Assembly: GCA_009698575.1 (NCBI GenBank)
Contig: WLPX01000002.1
Location: forward strand, 8,790 to 72,789
Origin: Actinomycetota bacterium
Lineage (GTDB): Bacteria > Actinomycetota > Actinomycetes > S36-B12 > UBA5976
DNA length: 64,000 nt
Reading direction: 5' to 3'
Part shown: positions 38,212 through 50,666 of the stretch, in pieces
How positions within the stretch are numbered: the first letter of the stretch is position 1
How the letters are laid out: each line of letters begins with the position of its first letter
Notes under the pieces: model-generated
Told to the model about the DNA's origin: nothing
The model's input: only the letters and a program-made list of their open reading frames with translations
Database searches by the model: none
Made by a program: the position numbers and the translations under genes

Positions 38212-39810
38212 CTATGCCAGTGCGATCAAATCCAGATAGTCCACATTCCAAAGGTCTTCAACGCCATCGGGCAGTAACAGCACACGCTCCGGCTGCAATG
38301 CCGTAACAGCACCCTCATCGTGTGTTACCAGCACAACTGAGCCTTCGTATTCACGTAAGGCGTCGAGAATCTCGGCTCGACTAGCTGGATCTAAGTTGTT
38401 TGTTGGTTCATCTAAGAGCAGAACATTTGCTGCTGAAACTACAAGCATCGCCAAACTAAGTCTGGTTTTTTCACCACCAGAAAGGACGCCAGCTGGTTTC
38501 GCCACGGCGTCGCCAGAAAACAGGAAGGAACCTAGAACACTGCGTACTTGACTGTCATTCATGTCACCAGATGCCGTGAGCATGTTTTCCAGCACGCTAC
38601 GTTCTGGATCTAACGTTTCATGCTCCTGTGCGTAGTATCCGATCTTCAAGCCATGACCTGGTTGGATCTCGCCAGTATCAGGTGTATCAACGCCAGCAAG
38701 GATTCGCAAGAGTGTGGTCTTGCCAGCACCGTTGAGACCAAGCACTACCACTTTGCTACCGCGATCAATTGCTAAGTCAACGTCGGTGAAAATTTCCTGC
38801 GATCCATAAACTCGACTTAGTCCAGTTGCCATTAGCGGCGTCTTGCCACAAGGAGCCGGTGTTGGGAAACGCAATTTTGCGACCCGATCCCCTTGTCGCA
38901 CGGTCTCTAAGCCACTCATCAATTTCTCGGCTCGCTTGTACATACTTTGTGCCGCTTTAGCCTTTGAGGCTTTGGCACGCATCCGGTCAGCTTGTGCCTG
39001 CAGTACCTGCGCCTGTCGTTCTGTGTTGGATCGCTCCCGCTTACGGCGCCGTTCATCAGTTTCTCGGGCGTTCAAATATTCTTTCCAGCCCAAGTTATAG
39101 ATGTCCAAGGTTTGGCGATTAGCGTCCAAATAGAACACGCGATTTACCGTGGCCTCTAACAGTTCGACATCGTGACTGATGACTACCAACCCGCCTTGAT
39201 GATTTGCAAGGAAGGATCGTAACCAAACAATTGAGTCAGCATCCAAGTGGTTTGTTGGCTCATCCAGCAGAAGCGTCTCTGAGCCACTAAACAAAATGCG
39301 AGCCAGTTCAATTCTGCGTCGTTGGCCACCAGACAACGTGCCCAACGTCTGGGCCAGGACATCAACCGTGAGACCAACACTGGCTGCCAGCGATGCTGCT
39401 TCACTTTCAGCTGCGTAACCACCGGCTGCCTGGAAGGACTCTTCGGCGCTTGCATATTTGCGCATGGCCTTGTCACGGATCTTGTCATCGTCAGCACCCA
39501 TATCAAGTTCGCTTTGGCGCATTCGACGGACAAATTCATCAAGCCCTCGAGCACTTAGGATGCGATCCATTGCAACTACGTCAAGATCCCCAGTACGTGG
39601 ATCTTGCGGCAGGTATCCAACTGATGCCGATGAAGCAATCTGACCTTTAGCGGGTTGAATTAGGCCCGCAAGGACCTTTGTTAAAGTGGTTTTACCAGCG
39701 CCATTGCGTCCTACGAGACCAACCCGGTCACCATTATCGACACGAAAGGTGGCTCCGCTTAATAGCAATTCGGCGCCCGCGCGTAATTCAACTTCAGTTG
39801 CTTGAATCAC
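38212..39810 (-). CDS. ABC-F family ribosome-associated ATPase
   Basis: Two ABC cassettes (GRNGAGKT/LSGGQ/DEPTNHLD and GLNGAGKT/LSGGE/DEPTNNLD), charged linker, no TM. Confidence 0.94.
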   Translation of the reverse strand: MIQATEVELRAGAELLLSGATFRVDNGDRVGLVGRNGAGKTTLTKVLAGLIQPAKGQIASSASVGYLPQDPRTGDLDVVAMDRILSARGLDEFVRRMRQSELDMGADDDKIRDKAMRKYASAEESFQAAGGYAAESEAASLAASVGLTVDVLAQTLGTLSGGQRRRIELARILFSGSETLLLDEPTNHLDADSIVWLRSFLANHQGGLVVISHDVELLEATVNRVFYLDANRQTLDIYNLGWKEYLNARETDERRRKRERSNTERQAQVLQAQADRMRAKASKAKAAQSMYKRAEKLMSGLETVRQGDRVAKLRFPTPAPCGKTPLMATGLSRVYGSQEIFTDVDLAIDRGSKVVVLGLNGAGKTTLLRILAGVDTPDTGEIQPGHGLKIGYYAQEHETLDPERSVLENMLTASGDMNDSQVRSVLGSFLFSGDAVAKPAGVLSGGEKTRLSLAMLVVSAANVLLLDEPTNNLDPASRAEILDALREYEGSVVLVTHDEGAVTALQPERVLLLPDGVEDLWNVDYLDLIALA

Positions 39811-39895
39811 TTGGGAACTGCGCCTATCTGATGGTTATGGCATCTTTTTGTTAAAAGAAATGTTGCTATGCGACAGTTAATGTTACTGCTTGGGT

Positions 39896-40210
39896 TTAAA
39901 GGTTAAAACCAAGTGCGCGTAGCATTTCGCGACCTTCGTCAGTGATTTTATCTGGACCCCATGGTGGCATCCAAACCCAATTGAGTTTGAAGTCTGAAAC
40001 ATGTCCATCTAGTGCAGCGCGAGTTTGATCTTCGATGACATCTGTTAGCGGACATGCAGCTGAAGTAAGAGTCATGTCGATGGTTGCGATGTTTCCGTCA
40101 TCGACGGTGACGGCGTATACCAAGCCAAGATCTACTACGTTGATACCCAATTCAGGATCGACAACATCTTTCATTAATTCAAATACGTCATCTTCTTGTA
40201 GAACGTCCAT
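39896..40210 (-). CDS. DUF59 / SufT-PaaD Fe-S assembly protein
   Basis: VVDPELGINVVDLGLVY, MTLTSAACP, WMPPW; TAATG overlap with sufU. Confidence 0.93.
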   Translation of the reverse strand: MDVLQEDDVFELMKDVVDPELGINVVDLGLVYAVTVDDGNIATIDMTLTSAACPLTDVIEDQTRAALDGHVSDFKLNWVWMPPWGPDKITDEGREMLRALGFNL

Positions 40211-40653
40211 TAGCTCTGCTCCTCTATTGCACCGGCTTGAATTGCCGCATCTTTCCACGCCATCCATGCCAGTAAGGCACATTTTACTCGGGCTGGATAC
40301 TGCGCTACACCAACTAGCGCTATACCGTCGCCCAGAATGTCTTCATCTGGTTCGACATTTCTCTGCAACATGGCGATTAAGTGTTCAACCGCTTTATCTC
40401 CTGCTGCAAAATCAAAATTATTAATTTGGTCATACATGATCGATGCGGATGCTTGGCTGATCGAACAGCCTTGATTGTCATACGAAACCGCAATTTTGCC
40501 ATCAGCAAGCACTTGCACCCGCAGTGTGATTTCATCTCCACATGTGGGATTGACGTGATGAACTTCTGATGCAAACTCTGAACTTAGTCCCTTGCCGTGC
40601 GGGTGCTTATAGTGATCCAGGATTATCTCCTGATACATGTTCTCCAATTTCAT
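40210..40653 (-). CDS. sufU: SufU (NifU-like) sulfur transfer protein
   Basis: YQEIILDHY, NPTCGD, GCSISQASAS, RVKCALL. Confidence 0.95.
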   Translation of the reverse strand: MKLENMYQEIILDHYKHPHGKGLSSEFASEVHHVNPTCGDEITLRVQVLADGKIAVSYDNQGCSISQASASIMYDQINNFDFAAGDKAVEHLIAMLQRNVEPDEDILGDGIALVGVAQYPARVKCALLAWMAWKDAAIQAGAIEEQS

Positions 40654-40656
40654 GAT

Positions 40657-42694
<2,038 letters not shown>

Positions 42695-42696
42695 GA

Positions 42697-43035
42697 CTAA
42701 CTCCTCGTGCTTTCGGATAGTGAAACAAAAATCATTGGATCTGTTTGGTTTTCTTCGATTACAACTTTGTACGTTTGCAGATCTGAAGTGGCTGGTGGCC
42801 CAGAAGCAGCGCCGGATCGAAGGTCAAAGGATGATCCGTGCAGCCAGCACTCGATTGAGCATCCTTCGATGTCTCCTTCGGAAAGTGAGACTTCGGAATG
42901 TGTGCAAATATCGCTAACTGCATAGACCTGGTCAGCAATTTTGGCAAGCAAAATGTCTTGCCCCTCGACAACCACCTTAAATGGCTTCGATTCCTGCAGT
43001 TGTGATACGCGAATCGTTTCAAACATTGTGGACAT
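42697..43035 (-). CDS. Rieske-type ferredoxin
   Basis: CTH and CWLH ligand motifs. Confidence 0.92.
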   Translation of the reverse strand: MSTMFETIRVSQLQESKPFKVVVEGQDILLAKIADQVYAVSDICTHSEVSLSEGDIEGCSIECWLHGSSFDLRSGAASGPPATSDLQTYKVVIEENQTDPMIFVSLSESTRS

Positions 43036-44180
43036 TAGATGTGACCGCCAAGACGCGTTTCGATACTGGTGCGGACTCGATCGTTGATTTCTGGAACTGA
43101 AATTTGACCGAGCAGGTCTTCAAAGAAGCCACGAAGCACTAGCTTGCGCGCTTCGTCCGGAGTGATTCCGCGCGACTGTAAGTAAAACAATTGCTCGTCG
43201 TCAAAACGACCCGTTGTACTTGCGTGCCCGGCTCCGACAATTTCGCCAGTTTCGATCTCAAGATTAGGAACTGAGTCTGCCCGACCGCCACCGCTTAGAA
43301 CCAAATTGCGATTGATTTCGTAGGTGTCAGTTCCAACTGCATTAGCTCGGATTAACACATCACCAACCCAAACTGTGTGTGCATCTTCTCCGTCTAAGGC
43401 ACCCTTGTAAACGACATTGCTACGGCAGTTAGCCTGGCTATGGTCAACGAACAACCGATGCTCAGCATGTTGACCAGCGCTAGCAAAATACAGTCCAAAA
43501 AGTTCAGCTTGGCCACCTGGCGCGGTGTAAACCACGCTCGGCAGAATTCGCACAACTTCTCCACCAAGAGTGATCAACACATGCTTGGCTGATGAATCTC
43601 GTCCCAGGGTGATTCGATGCTGCGCCAAGTGCACGGCTTTGGCATCCCAATCTTGCAATGAGACAACGCAAATACTCGCGCCATCTGCAACATTGATGTC
43701 AATGTTGCCTGCATAAGTTGCATCACCAATGTGATCTACGATTACAACAGCTTTTGCGAACTTCTCAACGTTGATGTCGAGTTGACCATAAGAGACTGCG
43801 CCTGAGCCAACTACTGAAACGACAACCGATTCTTCAAGTTGCGCGTCTGCTGAGATCGTTAAGGTTGATACTGAATCAACGTTCGCCCATGCACCAGCGG
43901 CGATCTTGTCAGTGAACCCCTGACGCTCTCCGGTTTTAGCGGAAGTCAGTTCGAATGTTGCACCTGGAACTTTGTTAACAGCGATTGCCACGCCACCAGT
44001 GGTTGGCACATCACCTTTATGTAAGTCACGAAGTTTTGACATCGGAGTAAAACGAAACTCTTCATCACGACTTGTAGGAGTTGGGAAATCACTTGGATCC
44101 AGAGATCGGATCACAGGAGTGTGATCCTTCGGTGGAACTATCGCAACTTCGCGTTCAATGTGTTCGGTAGTAGCGGTCAT
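43035..44180 (-). CDS. sufD: Fe-S assembly protein SufD
   Basis: EEFRFTP, YKGAL, DSVPNLEIETG, GAGHAS, QLFYLQSRGI. Confidence 0.95.
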   Translation of the reverse strand: MTATTEHIEREVAIVPPKDHTPVIRSLDPSDFPTPTSRDEEFRFTPMSKLRDLHKGDVPTTGGVAIAVNKVPGATFELTSAKTGERQGFTDKIAAGAWANVDSVSTLTISADAQLEESVVVSVVGSGAVSYGQLDINVEKFAKAVVIVDHIGDATYAGNIDINVADGASICVVSLQDWDAKAVHLAQHRITLGRDSSAKHVLITLGGEVVRILPSVVYTAPGGQAELFGLYFASAGQHAEHRLFVDHSQANCRSNVVYKGALDGEDAHTVWVGDVLIRANAVGTDTYEINRNLVLSGGGRADSVPNLEIETGEIVGAGHASTTGRFDDEQLFYLQSRGITPDEARKLVLRGFFEDLLGQISVPEINDRVRTSIETRLGGHI

Positions 44181-44182
44181 CT

Positions 44183-45592
44183 CTAGCCAACCGCTCCTTC
44201 CATTTGAAGTTCAATTAGTCGATTAAGTTCTAGGGCATATTCCATGGGTAGTTCACGTGCAATCGGCTCGATGAATCCGCGCACGATCATAGCCATAGCT
44301 TCTGCTTCATCAAGTCCACGAGACATCAAGTAAAACAACTGATCTTCGGAGACTTTGGAAACTGAGGCTTCGTGACCAAGCGATACGTCATCTTCACGAA
44401 CATCAACATACGGGTATGTATCAGAACGAGATATGTCATCGACTAGTAAAGCATCACAACGAACTGTGCTCTTACTTCCGTAAGCACCGTCAAGTACCTG
44501 AACCAGACCACGGTAGGACGTACGACCGCCACCGCGAGCCACAGACTTACTGATGATTGATGAGGACGTTAGTGGTGCTGCGTGAACCATCTTGGCTCCA
44601 GCGTCCTGATGCTGTCCTTCGCCAGCAAAAGCCACAGAAAGCGTTTCACCCTTAGCATGTGGACCTTGTAGCCAGATTGCTGGGTATTTCATGGTTACTT
44701 TAGACCCGATGTTTCCATCGACCCATTCCATAGTTGCGCCTTCGTGGGCAACTGCACGCTTGGTTACCAAGTTATAAACATTGTTAGACCAGTTTTGAAT
44801 TGTGGTGTAACGGCAGCGTCCACCCTTTTTAACAATAATTTCCACGACTGCTGAATGCAGTGAATCACTTGAATAAGTTGGCGCAGTGCAACCCTCAACG
44901 TAGTGAACGTACGCGCCTTCATCAACAATGATCAGAGTACGTTCGAATTGACCCATGTTTTCGGTGTTAATTCGGAAGTATGCCTGTAATGGAATGTCCA
45001 CGTGAACGCCCTTTGGCACATAAATGAACGAACCACCGGACCATACTGAAGTGTTCAGAGCGGCAAACTTGTTGTCTCCAACTGGAATCACGGTTGCAAA
45101 GTATTCCCGGAACAATTCTTCGTGCTCGCGTAAACCTGTATCCGTATCTACGAAAATTACACCTAGTTCTTCTAGGTCCTCGCGAATCTTGTGGTAAACA
45201 ACTTCGGATTCGTACTGCGCAGCTACGCCACCGACTAGTCGTTGCTTCTCAGCCTCTGGGATGCCTAGGCGGTCGTAGGTGTTCTTGATGTCTTCCGGCA
45301 GTTCATCCCAGCTAGTTGCTTGCTTCTCAGTGGAACGCACAAAATATTTGATGTTGTCGAAGTCAATCCCTGACAAGTCGCTACCCCAGTTAGGCATCGG
45401 CTTTTTCCCAAATAGGTTAAATCCTTTTAAGCGTAGGTCAAGCATCCATTGCGGTTCATTCTTTAGGCCCGAGATATTGCGAACCACTTCTTCGTTGATG
45501 CCGCGTCGTGCATTGCTACCTGCGTGATCACTGTCATGCCATCCGAAATCGTAATTTCCGAGTGCATCTAAATGCTCCTGTTGGGTTGTCAT
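44183..45592 (-). CDS. sufB: Fe-S assembly protein SufB
   Basis: [35 protein letters not shown]; ATG 45592 overlaps sufR stop; no intein. Confidence 0.97.
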   Translation of the reverse strand: MTTQQEHLDALGNYDFGWHDSDHAGSNARRGINEEVVRNISGLKNEPQWMLDLRLKGFNLFGKKPMPNWGSDLSGIDFDNIKYFVRSTEKQATSWDELPEDIKNTYDRLGIPEAEKQRLVGGVAAQYESEVVYHKIREDLEELGVIFVDTDTGLREHEELFREYFATVIPVGDNKFAALNTSVWSGGSFIYVPKGVHVDIPLQAYFRINTENMGQFERTLIIVDEGAYVHYVEGCTAPTYSSDSLHSAVVEIIVKKGGRCRYTTIQNWSNNVYNLVTKRAVAHEGATMEWVDGNIGSKVTMKYPAIWLQGPHAKGETLSVAFAGEGQHQDAGAKMVHAAPLTSSSIISKSVARGGGRTSYRGLVQVLDGAYGSKSTVRCDALLVDDISRSDTYPYVDVREDDVSLGHEASVSKVSEDQLFYLMSRGLDEAEAMAMIVRGFIEPIARELPMEYALELNRLIELQMEGAVG

Positions 45593-46257
45593 GCGTTTTC
45601 CCTTCGAGTGTGTGGAACTAATGTCGTACAAACTGCGTTACCTTTTGCGATTGTTGCTAGTCGAGTTACGTGAACTCCAGTGAGTTCCGAAAATGCCTTG
45701 GTTTCTGCTTCACACATTGCTGGAAATTCGATTGCAATGTCGCCCATTGGGCAATTGTGTTGGCAGATTTGAGTGGAGCCGTAGAGTCCTTCAGTTTCTG
45801 TTGCGGCATAGCCATCTTGATTAAGAGCTTCGATAAGTGCAACCGCGCGTTCTTCAATTGTGCCCAACTCGGTTATCTCGATGTGCCTGGCAACAAAATC
45901 ACTTGCAACGCTGGTGGCGAAATCAATTACGGCGCCAGCACCAGAAGTGTTGTTTAGGTATTTAACGGCGCTCAATCCCAAACTCTCTTGCTGTTCTCCA
46001 AATCTGGCTCGGCCAGCTGAAGTCAACATAAATACTCGCGATGGTCTACCGCGACCTCGTTTGGAATCTAAAGCTGCTGGTCCATAAGGTGCTCGTTCAC
46101 TGGATTCAACTAAACCTAGGTGCAAAAGTTGATCTAGTTGCTTGCGAACTGCTGCGCCAGATAGTCCTAATGTGTCCGCAATATCTGTTGCGGTAGACGG
46201 TCCGGCCTGCAACAAAGTACGCGCTACCGTAGCCGCTGCCGTTCCTTCGAATTTCAC
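45589..46257 (-). CDS. sufR: SufR-like Fe-S-binding HTH repressor
   Basis: HTH, RGRGRP, CQHNCP...MCEAE...VCTT; start placed at GTG 46257 (MKFEG). Confidence 0.88.
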   Translation of the reverse strand: MKFEGTAAATVARTLLQAGPSTATDIADTLGLSGAAVRKQLDQLLHLGLVESSERAPYGPAALDSKRGRGRPSRVFMLTSAGRARFGEQQESLGLSAVKYLNNTSGAGAVIDFATSVASDFVARHIEITELGTIEERAVALIEALNQDGYAATETEGLYGSTQICQHNCPMGDIAIEFPAMCEAETKAFSELTGVHVTRLATIAKGNAVCTTLVPHTRRENA

Positions 46258-46275
46258 AACCTTATTGTTGCGTAA
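46252..46275. promoter_or_regulatory. Putative SufR operator (CAAC-N6-GTTG core)
   Basis: TTTCACAAC-CTTATT-GTTGCGTAA inverted repeat (7/9) covering the sufR start and its -10-like hexamer. Confidence 0.75.
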
Positions 46276-46350
46276 ATATCGTAATTCCGCACCTTTGGGG
46301 TGGTCGGACCCCAATCTGCGCCGTGGTTATTGGACATCTAGGCTGTAAGC

Positions 46351-47271
46351 GTGTCCCCTAGCTCCCTTAAGACCTGGCAACGCAGAACTCTGATTGCGAA
46401 TTTGCTGGTGCAAACTGGGATCGTTTTGACCGGCGCAGTAGTTCGACTTACTTCCTCGGGCCTTGGGTGCCCTACCTGGCCGGAATGCGTTGACGGCTCT
46501 ATCGCACCAACTTCCGCGCAAACCCAGTCCTGGCACAAATACGTGGAATTCGGGAATCGCTTACTCACTTTTGTTTTGGTGATTGTTGCGGTGGCAACAA
46601 TTGCTGCCGTACGCAGTCACAACCGACAGCGCTTCGCAAGTGGATTAGCGAAGCGTAGAAGCCTAACCATTCTCGCTGTCGGAACCTTAGCTGGAATTTT
46701 TGCGCAAGCAATTCTTGGCGGCATCACGGTCCTCACAGGGTTGCACCCATTAACAGTTGCTGCGCACTTCATGCTTTCTATCGGATTGATTACGGTTGCT
46801 CAGAATTTATTGACGAGGGCTCAAGAACCCGATGACGCCCCCGTTAACTTGCAAGTCGTACAACCAATTGACTTCGCAATGAAAATGCATGTGTGGCTAG
46901 CTTTACTGGTTATTTTCATGGGCACGTTAGTTACAGGATCAGGTCCGCACGCAGGTGACTCAAGTGATGTCGTTCGACTTGGATTTGATCCTCGAACAAT
47001 TTCATGGCTACACGCAGACATCGTCTTACTATTTGTCGGCCTCACCATTGGATTACTAATTGCACTGCGTGCGACTAATGCACCGAAATTGGTTGTTCGG
47101 CAAGCCTGGATTGTTCTGGCGATTTGCGTAGCCCAAGGTTTCGTTGGATATACGCAATACTTCACTGGCTTGCCTTGGGCATTGGTGACGGTTCACGTAT
47201 TAGGCGCATGTCTACTTTGGATCTATTCAGTACGTCTGTATCTTGCGCGAAACACTCGCGGTCTTAACTAA
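46351..47271 (+). CDS. ctaA: Heme A synthase (COX15/CtaA)
   Basis: VRLTSSGLGCPTWPEC, EFGNR, conserved His residues in TM helices, GSGPHAGD. Confidence 0.93.
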   Translation: MSPSSLKTWQRRTLIANLLVQTGIVLTGAVVRLTSSGLGCPTWPECVDGSIAPTSAQTQSWHKYVEFGNRLLTFVLVIVAVATIAAVRSHNRQRFASGLAKRRSLTILAVGTLAGIFAQAILGGITVLTGLHPLTVAAHFMLSIGLITVAQNLLTRAQEPDDAPVNLQVVQPIDFAMKMHVWLALLVIFMGTLVTGSGPHAGDSSDVVRLGFDPRTISWLHADIVLLFVGLTIGLLIALRATNAPKLVVRQAWIVLAICVAQGFVGYTQYFTGLPWALVTVHVLGACLLWIYSVRLYLARNTRGLN

Positions 47272-47274
47272 GCG

Positions 47275-48204
47275 TTAGCCAACAAATGGGTCGATACCAA
47301 TGGCCAAAAAAATCAATGACAAATATGTAATTGACCAATGAAAAAGTTTCATTGGCAATAAGTCGAGCGCGTCGTTACGAACTCTAGTTTGCAACGCATA
47401 TGCCTCGTACAAAAAAATTGCGCCACTTGCGACTGCAATCAGACTGTAGAGCCAGTTCATGTGACCAATTGGAATCAGCGACAATGAGATCGCAACCATC
47501 ACCCAAGAATATCTAATGATTTGCACGGCAACCTCAGCTGAAGATTTCTCAACAGGCAACATGGGAACTCCGGCAGCGGCGTATTCATCTCGGTAGCTCA
47601 TGGAAAGCGGCCAATAATGTGGCGGCGTCCAAAAGAAAACAATCAAGAACAGCACCACTGGCGTCCAAGATAGGGATCCAGTAACCGCGCTCCAGCCAAT
47701 CAAAACTGGCATACAACCAGCTGCGCCGCCCCAAACAATGTTTTGGGTAGTACGACGCTTTAGCAACATGGTGTATCCGAATACGTAAAAGGCGATCGCA
47801 AATCCAGCAAGACCGGCTGATATGGAGTTCACCGTGATTGCCAAAAACAGAACCGACAGTAGCGATAGCACCAAGCCGAAGATTATGGTGTTTCGTCCAC
47901 TAATTTGGCCGGTTGCGGAAGGTCGATTCTCGGTGCGGTGCATCAGCGCATCGATGTCACGATCTAGGTAGCAGTTGAGAACGTTTGCTCCCCCTGCGGC
48001 CAACGTGCCACCGATAAGAGTCCAGCAAACTAATGCCCAATTTGGGAAACCGTCAGCAGCAAGGAACATGGTCGGGATAGTTGTAACTAGTAACAGCTCA
48101 ATAATGCGAGGCTTGGTTAGGACTAGATACGCCCGCCAGGTTGGGGTAATCCACGTAGATGAGTCTTGACCGATATGGCCACTATCTCTGAGGTGGGATG
48201 ACAC
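47275..48204 (-). CDS. ctaB: Heme O synthase (protoheme IX farnesyltransferase)
   Basis: LTKPRIIELL, DRDIDALMHRTENRP, LKRRT, WTPPHYW. Confidence 0.95.
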   Translation of the reverse strand: MSSHLRDSGHIGQDSSTWITPTWRAYLVLTKPRIIELLLVTTIPTMFLAADGFPNWALVCWTLIGGTLAAGGANVLNCYLDRDIDALMHRTENRPSATGQISGRNTIIFGLVLSLLSVLFLAITVNSISAGLAGFAIAFYVFGYTMLLKRRTTQNIVWGGAAGCMPVLIGWSAVTGSLSWTPVVLFLIVFFWTPPHYWPLSMSYRDEYAAAGVPMLPVEKSSAEVAVQIIRYSWVMVAISLSLIPIGHMNWLYSLIAVASGAIFLYEAYALQTRVRNDALDLLPMKLFHWSITYLSLIFLAIGIDPFVG

Positions 48205-48263
48205 AACTTGAGCCTACCCGCGCCTTCTGCGCGTCGTGAACACCCACTAGATAACCTTGGTCT

Positions 48264-50312
48264 GTGACTAAATTGATTTGGACTGACTTAGACGATCGCG
48301 CCGTACTTGCTGCTCGCGGGTTGGCAATGGATAGTGTGCAAAAGGTCGGTAATGGTCATCCCGGCACTGCGATGAGTTTGGCTCCAATGGCTTACCTACT
48401 CTTCCAAAAATGGCTAAAACATGATCCTGCTGATCCGACTTGGCTGGGTCGCGATCGTTTTGTACTTTCAAATGGCCACAGCAGCATCACGCTCTACATC
48501 CAACTTTTCTTAAGTGGATACGGACTTGAGTTAGAAGATTTGAAATCCTTTAGAACTTGGGAAAGCCGTACTCCTGGGCATCCCGAATACGGCCATACCG
48601 CTGGTGTTGAAGCCACTACCGGACCATTGGGAACTGGATTAGCCACTGCAGTTGGTATGGCAATGGATGCCCGTTACGTTCGCAATCTGCTTGATAGCGA
48701 GTCCAAGCCTGGCGAAAGCCCGTTCGATCATCGAATCTGGGTGATTGCAGGAGACGGTTGCTTGCAGGAAGGTGTTACCTCCGAAGCATCGTCACTTGCC
48801 GGACATCAACAACTTTCCAACTTAGTAGTCCTTTACGACGACAATCACATCAGCATTGAAGGTGACACTGCGGTTTCATTCTCCGAAGATGTGCTTGCGC
48901 GCTATCAGTCGTATGGCTGGAATGTAAGTCACGTCGACATGAAAGCTGATGGCAGCATCGATGTTGCGAAGTTGGATGCCGCAATTGCCCAAGCGACATC
49001 TCAAAATGAGAAACCGACTTTGATTCGGGTACGAAACATCATTGGTTGGCCAGCTCCAAATTTACAAAATACTGGCAAAGTTCACGGATCTGCATTAGGC
49101 GATGTCGAGGTCGCAGCCACTAAAGAGATCCTGGGTCTAGATCCGCAGCAAAGTTTTGCAGTGCCAACCGAAGTGTTAGCGCATGCTCGCGAGGTTGCAC
49201 AACGTGGCGCAGCTGCCCATCAGGACTGGAACGCAATGTTAGCTACATGGGAACAAACCAATCCTGATAACGCCTCACTATTTAGGCGAATGAGCGCGCG
49301 CGAGTTTCCAAATGACTGGCATAGTGTCATTCCAAAGTTTGAACCAGGTGCATCGGTAGCCACGCGCAAGGCCTCTGGCGACACGATAAATGCAATCGCA
49401 AGTGTGCTACCTGAATTTTGGGGTGGATCAGCAGACCTGGGCGATAGCAACTTAACGACAATTGAGCATTCCGGTTCATTCTTGCCGGCCAGCAGCAGTA
49501 TGCCTGGCGCAAATGTTGGTGGCCGAATCATTCACTACGGCATTCGAGAGTTTGCGATGGGTTGCGCGATGAACGGTATGGCACTTGGTGGCTTAACTCG
49601 ACCATTCGCGGGAACCTTCTTGGTATTCAGCGACTTCATGCGCGGTGCAGTTCGACTTTCGGCATTAATGAATTTGCCAGTTACATACGTTTGGACACAC
49701 GACTCAATCGGACTGGGCGAAGATGGCCCAACGCATCAACCAGTTGAGCATCTGTGGGCGTTGCGTGCGATTCCTAATCTGAACGTCATTAGGCCAGCGG
49801 ATGCCAATGAAACAGCCACAGCTTGGCGCATTGTGTTGGAATCCAACAAACCAGCAGGCTTGTGTCTGTCGCGCCAGAATCTACCTGTTATAGCTAGTGC
49901 TGCTACTAGCGATGTGGCGAAGGTTAGTAAAGGCGCATACGTACTCGTTGAAAGTTCCCGCGATCCAGAAGTAATTCTGATTGCAACCGGTTCCGAGGTT
50001 TCGCTAGCTCTAACCGCCCAAGTCACACTAGAAAGTGCTGGCGTCTCTACGCGAGTAGTTTCTGCGCCATGTTTGGAATGGTTTGATGCTCAAAGTGCTG
50101 ATTACCGCGAGAGTGTTTTGCCCCATGCTGTAACAGCTCGAGTTTCAGTTGAAGCCGGCATTGCTCAGGGTTGGTGGAAGTACGTGGGTTCCGGTGGAAG
50201 ATGCATTAGCTTGGAGCATTTCGGCGCTTCAGCAGGTGCTGAGAAGTTGTATGCCGAGTTTGGAATTACCAGCGACGCAATTGTTGCAGCCGCGCAGGAA
50301 ATTCTGAATTAG
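48264..50312 (+). CDS. tkt: Transketolase
   Basis: GHPG, RDRFVLSNGH, GDGCLQEG, THDSIGLGEDGPTHQP. Confidence 0.97.
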   Translation: MTKLIWTDLDDRAVLAARGLAMDSVQKVGNGHPGTAMSLAPMAYLLFQKWLKHDPADPTWLGRDRFVLSNGHSSITLYIQLFLSGYGLELEDLKSFRTWESRTPGHPEYGHTAGVEATTGPLGTGLATAVGMAMDARYVRNLLDSESKPGESPFDHRIWVIAGDGCLQEGVTSEASSLAGHQQLSNLVVLYDDNHISIEGDTAVSFSEDVLARYQSYGWNVSHVDMKADGSIDVAKLDAAIAQATSQNEKPTLIRVRNIIGWPAPNLQNTGKVHGSALGDVEVAATKEILGLDPQQSFAVPTEVLAHAREVAQRGAAAHQDWNAMLATWEQTNPDNASLFRRMSAREFPNDWHSVIPKFEPGASVATRKASGDTINAIASVLPEFWGGSADLGDSNLTTIEHSGSFLPASSSMPGANVGGRIIHYGIREFAMGCAMNGMALGGLTRPFAGTFLVFSDFMRGAVRLSALMNLPVTYVWTHDSIGLGEDGPTHQPVEHLWALRAIPNLNVIRPADANETATAWRIVLESNKPAGLCLSRQNLPVIASAATSDVAKVSKGAYVLVESSRDPEVILIATGSEVSLALTAQVTLESAGVSTRVVSAPCLEWFDAQSADYRESVLPHAVTARVSVEAGIAQGWWKYVGSGGRCISLEHFGASAGAEKLYAEFGITSDAIVAAAQEILN

Positions 50313-50315
50313 TTT

Positions 50316-50648
50316 TTACTTGCCGCGTAACTTAGCAAGGGCCTCGTCCAAAATGCCTTTGCCATCTTTATCGTTACGACGTTCCTTTACATAAGCCAAG
50401 TGAGTCTTGTATGGCTCAGTCTTTGCAAGTACTGGAGGATTTTCCTTATCGGTACCTGCTGGCAGGCCACACTTTGGACAATCCCACTCTTCTGGAAGTT
50501 CTGCATCATGAGCGAAACTCGGTGTGGTTTCATGACCGGATGCGCAATAAAACGGTAGGTAGATGCGAGGAGCTGCTTCGCCGCGTTCTGCCTCACCCAT
50601 TGGGCCGGCTCCGACACGACTGCCGCGAATAGCACTACCACTAGCCAT
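50316..50648 (-). CDS. rbpA: RNA polymerase-binding protein RbpA family
   Basis: AIRGSRVGA, APR, C-x3-H...WDCPKCG, KTHLAYVKERR. Confidence 0.9.
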   Translation of the reverse strand: MASGSAIRGSRVGAGPMGEAERGEAAPRIYLPFYCASGHETTPSFAHDAELPEEWDCPKCGLPAGTDKENPPVLAKTEPYKTHLAYVKERRNDKDGKGILDEALAKLRGK

Positions 50649-50666
50649 TTTGTACTCCTGTTTTTC

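Noticed and set aside
39854-39875. TGTCGC-N10-TTCTTT as a PafBC promoter for ABC-F
   Set aside because: The -10 part lacks the essential TA and the upstream hexamer has a mismatch.
44183-45592. Intein in SufB, as in some mycobacteria
   Set aside because: Normal length (about 469 aa) with continuous motifs.
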